This document shows positions 57,715-64,000 of a stretch of DNA of 64,000 nt, one piece after another; within the stretch, counting starts at the first letter, position 1, and every line of letters begins with the position of its first letter. The notes beneath the pieces are model-generated. The model made no database searches. It was not told the origin of the DNA and saw only the letters and a program-made list of their open reading frames with translations. The translations under genes were made by a program, and so were the position numbers. Origin of the DNA: Candidatus Aminicenantes bacterium (GTDB lineage Bacteria > Acidobacteriota > Aminicenantia > UBA2199); the NCBI GenBank assembly GCA_963822075.1, contig CAWGGP010000001.1, positions 366,331 to 430,330 of the forward strand, written 5' to 3'.

Positions 57715-58268
57715 AAAAGAAGCTGCTGCTCCACGTCTGCTGCGGCCCCTGCTCGCTGCACGTCTTACGGAAACTGCAGGCGGACTTCGCGGTCAGCGGA
57801 TTTTTTTACAACCCCAACATCCAGCCCTTCCGCGAGTTCGCCTTCCGCCGCCAGGAGGTGGAGAAGCTGGCGGCGAAACTCGGCTGGCCGATGGTCTACG
57901 GCGCCTACGACATGGCGGAGTGGTTCGCCGCCGTGCGCGGCCTGGAGCGCGAGCCCGAGCGGGGACGGCGCTGCCCGCTCTGCTTCCGCTTGCGGCTGGA
58001 AAAAACGTTCCGTTACGCCCGCGAGCACGCGTTCGACGTCGTGGCCTCCACCCTGTCGATCAGCCCCTACAAGACGACCGCCCAGATCAACGAGCAGGGG
58101 CTGGCCCTGGCCCAGGAGTACGGCGTCGAATTCCTGCCGGAGAATTTCAAAAAGCACGACGGCTTCCTCATCTCCCGCCGGCTGGCGGAGGAGTTCGGGG
58201 TCCAGCACCAGGATTATTGCGGCTGCGTTTTTTCCAAGGCGGAACGGCTGCTGCGCCTGCGTAAATGA
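57711..58268 (+). CDS. queH: epoxyqueuosine reductase QueH (DUF208)
   Basis: ORF 57711..58268 with a GTG start. It has LLLHVCCGPCS, CPLCF and a DYCGC tail. Confidence 0.8.
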   Translation: MKKKLLLHVCCGPCSLHVLRKLQADFAVSGFFYNPNIQPFREFAFRRQEVEKLAAKLGWPMVYGAYDMAEWFAAVRGLEREPERGRRCPLCFRLRLEKTFRYAREHAFDVVASTLSISPYKTTAQINEQGLALAQEYGVEFLPENFKKHDGFLISRRLAEEFGVQHQDYCGCVFSKAERLLRLRK

Positions 58269-58321
58269 CCGTGGAGCGAGGGTTTGCAATTGCGGCGGCG
58301 ATATGGTAAATTAGGGCCCAG

Positions 58322-59045
58322 ATGAACAAGAAAGTGGTGCTGGCCGGAAAGATCGCCGGGATCGCCTGCGGTTATTTCCTGGTCTTTTTCCTGGCCGTTT
58401 TTTTTACCGTCAGCCTGCTGGTCAAGGGCGACGAGATCATCGCCCCCGACCTGACCGGCAAGCCGCTCCAGGAAGCGTATGCCATCGCCGCCAGGGAAGG
58501 GATCTACCTGAAGAAAGTCATCGGCGATTTCGGCGGCACCTATGCCCCGAACACCGTGGTCAGCCAGTTCCCCGCGGCGCAAACCAGCGTCAAGGGAAAA
58601 TCGGTCGTCAAGATCTTCGTCGCCTCGGAACTCGGGCAAACGGTGGTCCCGCAGCTGGTTTCCCGGAGCCAGAAGGAATGCGAAGCGCTGTTGAAAAAAA
58701 GCAAGCTGAAAAAAGGCCACACGGCCTTCATCGGCGCGGTCGACGTCATGCCCGACAGCGTCATCAGCCAGTCGCCACCGCCAGGCAGCCGCGTCGCCGA
58801 AGGCTCGGCCGATCGACCTGCTCATCTCCAAGGGCGGCGACAGCCGCTCCTTCATCATGCCCGACCTGATCGGCCAGGAGGCCGCCAAGGTCCTGGTGTT
58901 CTTCGAAAGCCAGGGGCTGAAGATCTCCAAGATCGAGGAGGTCCCCTATTTCGGATTGAAGCCGGGCATCATTCTCAAGCAGTTCCCCTCGCCCGGCTTC
59001 GAGATCAGCGCCAAGAACCTGATCGGCATCCAGGTCAGCAAATGA
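58322..59045 (+). pseudogene. membrane-anchored PASTA-repeat protein (no kinase or PBP domain), disrupted
   Basis: The N-terminal TM segment and two PASTA-like units are in ORF 58322..59602. The third unit (IDLLISKGGDSRSFIMPDLIGQEAAKVL...IGIQVSK) is in the frame of ORF 58857..59045. The frame change lies near 58808. Confidence 0.7.
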
Positions 59046-59708
59046 ATCCGCTCTTCCCTTCCATCCTGTCCACGGATTTTTTCGACTTGGAAGCCAAGCT
59101 GCGCCAATTCGCCGCGAGCGGCATCGATTTCATCCACCTGGACGTCATGGACGGCCATTTCGTCGACAATATCTCCTTCGGCCCCTCGCTGGCGCGGGCC
59201 ATCAAGGGAAAATTCCCCTTCCGCCTCGACGCCCACCTGATGGTCAGCAACCCGGAGGCCATGATCCCGCATTTCGTCGCCGCCGGCGCGGACTGGCTTT
59301 CGTTCCATGTCGAGGCCGCCGGCGATCACGGCCGGATTGCTCAAGGTGATCCGCGACAGCGGCCGCCGCGCCGGGCTGGTGCTGAACCCCGACACCCCCC
59401 TGGAGAGGGTGCTGCCGTTCCTGGACGCGGCGGATTATATCCTGTTGATGAGCGTCTTTCCCGGTTTCGGCGGCCAGGCGTTCATCCCCGGCACCCTGGA
59501 GCGGGCGGCGCGGATGAGGCGCGAGATCACCCGCCGCCAGAGCCGCTGCCTGCTGCAGGTGGACGGCGGCATCAACAGCGCCAACGCCGCTCTCCTGCGT
59601 GAGGCCGGCGCCGACCTTTTCGTCGTGGGCACGTCCCTGTTCCAGGCCGAGGACATCGGGAAAACCATAGAAACGTTTTTAAATCAATTGCATTGGAGCC
59701 GACCATGA
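59042..59708 (+). pseudogene. rpe: ribulose-phosphate 3-epimerase, disrupted
   Basis: MNPLFPSILSTDF...HLDVMDGHFV...FHVEA is in the frame of ORF 58322..59602. The remainder (GLVLNPDTP...MSVFPGFGGQ...VDGGIN) is in ORF 59307..59708. The frame change lies near 59330. Confidence 0.85.
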
Positions 59709-60515
59709 AAAAAATCGCCTTGACCCTCTCCCTTTCGCTGCTGGTCCTGCTGGACCGGCTGCCATTCCAGGAAAACCGTCAGCATCGACCCCAGCGAGAA
59801 GGGCTCTGACAAAAAAATGTACGAGAACGCGCTCAAATACATGACCAAGGATCCCGAAAAGGCCCGCCTGCTCTTCAAGGAGGTCGGGCAGCTTTACCCG
59901 GATTCCATTTACGCCAACAAGGCCAAGCTGGGCATCGGCGATTCGTATTTCAAGGAGCGCGATTCCGCGTCGCTGATCATGGCCGCCGCCGAATACCAGG
60001 AATACGTCAACCTTTATCCCTATTCTCCCGACGCGGTGTACGCCAAGTACCAGGCCGGCATGTGCTATTACAAACAGATCAAGAAGCCGGAGCGCGACCA
60101 GACCAACACCTTCACGGCCATCAAGGGCTTCGAAGCGCTGATCCAGCAGTATCCCGGGACGCCCGAGGCCGATGAGGCCAAGAAAAAGATCGATGAATGC
60201 CGCCAGACCCTGGCCCGCCATTATTACCTGATCGGGTACTACAATTACCTCATGAAGTCCTTCCCCGGGGCCATCGCCCGCTTCAAGCAGGTCATGGACG
60301 ACTATCCGGATTTCACCGGCAACGACAAGCTCTTTTATTATACCGGCAGGACCTACATGGCCATGGAAGATTACGATTCGGCGCTCTCCTTCTTCCAGCG
60401 GCTGGTCGGCAGCCATGCCAAGTCCAGGTACGCCAAGAAGGCCCAGCGCCAGATCAAGAAGCTTACCCGCCTGGCCGCGCAGAGCAAGAAGCCTTCCGCA
60501 GGTGCTAAAAAGTAG
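59705..60515 (+). pseudogene. bamD: outer membrane protein assembly factor BamD, signal peptide out of frame
   Basis: The TPR-like BamD body is in ORF 59817..60515. ATG 59705 opens MKKIALTLSLSLLVLL in another frame. Removing one G near 59752 gives the lipobox LLTGC joined to the body. Confidence 0.75.
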
Positions 60516-62074
60516 CGGCGACCTTCCGGAGCGGCCCGGGATCTACATTTTCAGGACCGCCGCCGGGAAAGCGCTGTATATCGGCAAGGCGATCAATCTG
60601 AAGAGGCGCGTCGCCCAGTATTTCCAGAAGAAGGACAATCCGCTGGTCCAGAGCCTGCTGGAGCGCTCGGATGCCCTGGAGACCATCGTCACCGACGCCG
60701 AGGCCGACGCCCTGCTGCTGGAGAGCAACCTGGTGCACGCCTACCAGCCCCCCTTCAATATCCGGCTCAAGGACGACAAGAGTTTCCCCTTCATCGAGAT
60801 CACCCTCGCCGATGAATGCCCCGGAATTTTTTATTCCCGGCGCCTCGCCCCGGGCAGCTTCGCCCTCGGCCCGCTGGTCAACGCGCGGAAAGCCAGGAGC
60901 CTGATCGACGTCGTCACCCGCATCTTCCGCCTGCGTACCTGCTCGGCGTCGCTTTTCAAAAGGGGCATCCCCTGCCTATTCCACCACATCGAGCGCTGCT
61001 CGGCTCCCTGCGCGGGCGCGAGCGACCGCGCCGGCTACCGGCGGCAGGTCATGGACGCCGTCGATCTTTTGAAGGGGCGGAAAGGCAAGGTCGCGGCCAG
61101 GCTGCGCGAGCGCATGCGCTCCCTGGCGGCCCGCCAGGATTTCGAACAGGCGCAGAAGATCAAGGAAGACCTTGAGCTGCTGGAGAACTTTTCGCTGCGC
61201 TCCTACATCAGCAGCCGCGGCCGCGGCGACTGCGACGTGCTGGCCGCCTGCCTGCTCGGGCGGGAGGCTTTTTTCGTCTTTTTCGCGGTCAGCGGCGGGC
61301 GGGTGAGCAAAAGCGAATTTTTCCACCTGCCGACCCTCCACGACTCGCGTGGAAGAGGTCTTTCGGGAATTCCTGCTCGATTTTTACCGGCTGCGCCCCC
61401 TGCCCGGGGAGGTCATCGTTTCCACGCTGCCGGCCGAAGACCGGGAGCTGGCGGAGTTTTTTTCGAACCAGGCGGGCCGCCGCGTCGGCATCCGCGTCGC
61501 CCGCCGTGGCGAAAAGAAGGGCATCCTGGACCTGGCGCTGAAAAACCTGGCCCTGTTCGTGCAGAAAAGCGATTATCGCGCCCTGGGAGAAGAGATGCAA
61601 AAAAGATTGCGCCTGCGGCATTTCCCGGCCCATATCGAAGGGTTCGACATCTCCCACCTGGGCGAAAAGAATCGCGTGGGCGCGCAGGTGGTTTTCAAGA
61701 ACGGGCGGCCGGAAAAGCGGCTGTACCGCAGCTATATCATCCGCGCCGCCGCCGCCGGCGACACCGAGGCCCTGAAAGAGGTGCTGGCCCGGCGCTTTCG
61801 CCGCGAGCCTTCACCGCCCGACCTGCTGCTCATCGACGGCGGCCTGCCGCAGCTGGGGGCGGCCCTGCAGGTCAAGAACGAACTGGGATTGACATGCGAC
61901 CTGCTGGCGCTGGCCAAGGGGGAGGAGCGGGTGTTCCTGGAGGACGGTTCTTCCCAGGTGCTGGCCAAGGGGACCATGCCCAGGCACCTGCTGCAGAACA
62001 TCCGCGACGAGGTGCACCGCCGGGCGATACGGCATCACAGGAAAAGAAGGGAAAAGATCCAGCCGCTACAGTGA
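60502..62074 (+). pseudogene. uvrC: excinuclease ABC subunit C, disrupted and lacking the C-terminal (HhH)2 domain
   Basis: GTG 60502 opens the GIY-YIG domain (PGIYIFR...ALYIGKAINLKRRV), and a UVR-like region (ARQDFEQAQKIKEDLELL) follows in ORF 60415..62097. The RNase H-like endonuclease part (IEGFDISH...IRDEVHRRAI) is in ORF 61349..62074. The frame change lies near 61340. Confidence 0.8.
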
Positions 62075-62117
62075 CAGTGTCAGTGTTGGAATTATAGTCT
62101 GCTGATTTCCTATTCTC

Positions 62118-64000
62118 TTACCGAATGCCGCCGGCTGTAGCTGTTGTGAGCTGCTGGGGCCCTAGTCTGCCCTCGGCGGCGGCGAGCAGCGAATTGAACA
62201 TGATCTTGTAGGTCGCCTCGGTGTGGGTGCGGTGGATGACGTCGGGGCCGATGAGGATGATCCGCCCCTTGCCCTTGCGGAAATCGACCAGCAGCGACTT
62301 GCGCATCAATTCCCGGTCGCCGTCGAGCCAGCCGGAGAGCAAGAGGTCGCGATCGCCGAAGACCAGCGGCGTGGAGCGGCTTTCGTCGGCCGCCCGCGGC
62401 GGCGAGGTCTCGAAGGTCGGGGTGGAATTGAAGAAAATGGCGGCGCTTTCGTCCATGCCCGCGGTCAGGGGCGACGCCTTCACTTCGGCCCTCAGGTAGG
62501 AGCCGGGGCAGATCACCTTGCTGTTCTCCTCCATGATGTTGGTCACGGGCATCTTGAACTTATTGATGGCGTAGTTGCACGATTCTTCCATGAAGACCAG
62601 GAGCTTGCCCGCCTTGGTCATCTCCTCGAGCAGTTTTTCTCCCTTTTCGCCGATGCCGCCCGAGTATTCCGGGGGAGCGGGCGTGGCCCACTTTTCCCAT
62701 TTTTTCGGCGGCTTGCCCGTCTCGATCTCGCTTTCCGAGGCGCCGGCGAAGACCAGGACGTCGAATTTTTTGGCGAAATCCTTGGCGGCCGCGTCCTTGG
62801 GGTGGACGGTCTGGTAGGGGACCTTGTACTCGTCGAATACGAGGCGCAGCCAGCCCTCGGTCATGTTATGCCCCCAGTTCTGGTAGAGGCCGGCTTTAAA
62901 AGGCCGCAGGCGGCGGAAGCGCTCCAGCGGCAGCGCCTTCCGGGAAGTGGGCGCCAGCGGGGCTTCGGCGTGGATGGCCTTCAGCAGCGCCAGCGCCTCG
63001 CTTTTCCTTACGGCAAAGGAACCGGCGGGAAAATCGGGGCAGTCGCTATTGCGGTAGACGGTCTTGCCTTTGCCCAGCAGCTCGAAGGCGGCGCGGTAGG
63101 AATTGTTGTAGCGGGCATCGAGGACGATGTATTCCTCGAGTTCCTCCGGGAAAGCGCTGCCGGCGAATTGTTTCTCCGTTACCGGCTCCATCAGGGCCTT
63201 CAGGGGCTCGTTGACCGCCACCGTCTTCACGCCCATGGCCAGGGGGAGCGTCCAGCCGGCCATGTCGTAGGGCAGCTCGGGCTCGGCCTTGAGGTTCTTG
63301 CGGATGTCGGGGTAGCGCTGCGCTTCGAAGATGTTCTTGACGAACGCCCGATAGGGCTGGGCCAGGGGGACGACGTACGACCTCTTGTCGAACATGGTGT
63401 CGCCGACGCGGGCGGGGTGGGTGAGCTGGAACACCCGGATGTTGGAGCGGAGCAGGACCTGCACGAAGCGGTCGGCGGTGGCCGGGTCATGCTGCTGGCG
63501 GGGAACGATGAAGGCGTAAGGCGCCTGGCTTTGGCCGCGGGCGATGTTTTCGCGCGCGATCTGGAACGTGTTGTAGAGCAGGTCCTTCTTCTGGCGCGCC
63601 GCCGTCCCCAGCACGGAAAGGGTGGCTTGCAGGTCGTAGTTCACCAGGTCGGCAAGCCGCCACCAGCCGCCTTTCCAGGGATTGGGGCTGAACACCCGCT
63701 CTTCGTTCCTGAAGCTCTCGGCGCTCTCCACTTCCTCGGGCTCGACATAGATCGGCGAGGCCAGGCGCACCGATGCGCCCTCGAAGAGGATGCCCGGGAT
63801 GTTATGGAACCACGCCGTGTCGTCCAGCGAGCCGATCCACCAGCCGGTGAATTCGCCGCGGGAAGCGACCCCCGGCAGGCCCAGTTTTTCCAGGTCGAAG
63901 GCGATGCGCGAGCCGATGAGGTTGACGCTGCGCCAGACCAGCGGATGCAGCCCCGGGGTGGGCGGGTCCTGGTAGGGCGGGACGAACAGCCGGTCGCCGT
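62118..64000 (-). CDS. M14 carboxypeptidase-like protein (5' end outside window)
   Basis: ORF 62118..63770 continues in-frame upstream to the window edge by my translation (...WFHNIPGILFEGASVRLASPIY...). The C-terminal half has a class-I glutamine-amidotransferase-like layout. The assignment is tentative. Confidence 0.55.
   Translation of the reverse strand, partial: GDRLFVPPYQDPPTPGLHPLVWRSVNLIGSRIAFDLEKLGLPGVASRGEFTGWWIGSLDDTAWFHNIPGILFEGASVRLASPIYVEPEEVESAESFRNEERVFSPNPWKGGWWRLADLVNYDLQATLSVLGTAARQKKDLLYNTFQIARENIARGQSQAPYAFIVPRQQHDPATADRFVQVLLRSNIRVFQLTHPARVGDTMFDKRSYVVPLAQPYRAFVKNIFEAQRYPDIRKNLKAEPELPYDMAGWTLPLAMGVKTVAVNEPLKALMEPVTEKQFAGSAFPEELEEYIVLDARYNNSYRAAFELLGKGKTVYRNSDCPDFPAGSFAVRKSEALALLKAIHAEAPLAPTSRKALPLERFRRLRPFKAGLYQNWGHNMTEGWLRLVFDEYKVPYQTVHPKDAAAKDFAKKFDVLVFAGASESEIETGKPPKKWEKWATPAPPEYSGGIGEKGEKLLEEMTKAGKLLVFMEESCNYAINKFKMPVTNIMEENSKVICPGSYLRAEVKASPLTAGMDESAAIFFNSTPTFETSPPRAADESRSTPLVFGDRDLLLSGWLDGDRELMRKSLLVDFRKGKGRIILIGPDVIHRTHTEATYKIMFNSLLAAAEGRLGPQQLTTATAGGIR

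Noticed and set aside
54531-57761. 1076-aa minus-strand ORF opposite the radical SAM and TrmH-like genes
   Set aside because: It is an in-register antisense shadow ORF. The plus strand carries the CxxxCxxC and SPOUT motifs.

Overview
64-kb high-GC chromosomal segment from a diderm bacterium, judged from BamD, a FadL-type outer-membrane channel and LPS-heptose genes. The taxon cannot be assigned from this sequence alone. I can support about 55 protein-coding loci, one tRNA-Phe(GAA), several near-consensus sigma70-type promoters, a few hairpin terminators and one 36-nt in-frame tandem repeat. I saw no rRNA, CRISPR array, transposase or integrase. Gene order: small stress and detox genes (1-7.6 kb); a methyltransferase / FAD-oxidase / acyl-reductase / rhomboid / MA-peptidase operon (7.8-13.5 kb); an AT-richer islet with a thioredoxin-TPR gene and a GIY-YIG gene (13.5-15.5 kb); hutH and an acyl-CoA dehydrogenase; a divergent pair of a repeat-rich membrane-anchored Ser/Thr kinase and an atypical double-ring Clp-type AAA+ protein (18.6-24.0 kb); an operon of a 1477-aa sigma54 activator, two orphan ABC permeases and PilZ (24.0-30.5 kb); rplS-rnhB plus a 944-aa TPR protein; a FadL-like gene, an EndoQ-like gene, a MEMO-like gene, an S51 peptidase, metG, an Hsp70 paralog and tRNA-Phe; heptose/LPS core genes; then a 12-gene co-directional block, mreBCD-mrdA-rodA, radical SAM, trmH-like, queH, PASTA, rpe, bamD, uvrC (49.4-62.1 kb); and a partial M14-like peptidase gene at the right edge. 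Most striking technically are about 20 reading-frame disruptions, including in normally essential genes, several of them at homopolymer runs. I read these as probable indel errors rather than biology and annotate the affected loci as pseudogene (disrupted as given). The best candidates for undescribed biology are the kinase / Clp-like module, the giant sigma54 activator / orphan permease / PilZ operon, and the conserved-unknown radical SAM fusion inside the cell-shape cluster. All functional calls rest on motif recognition by eye; no database search was run.
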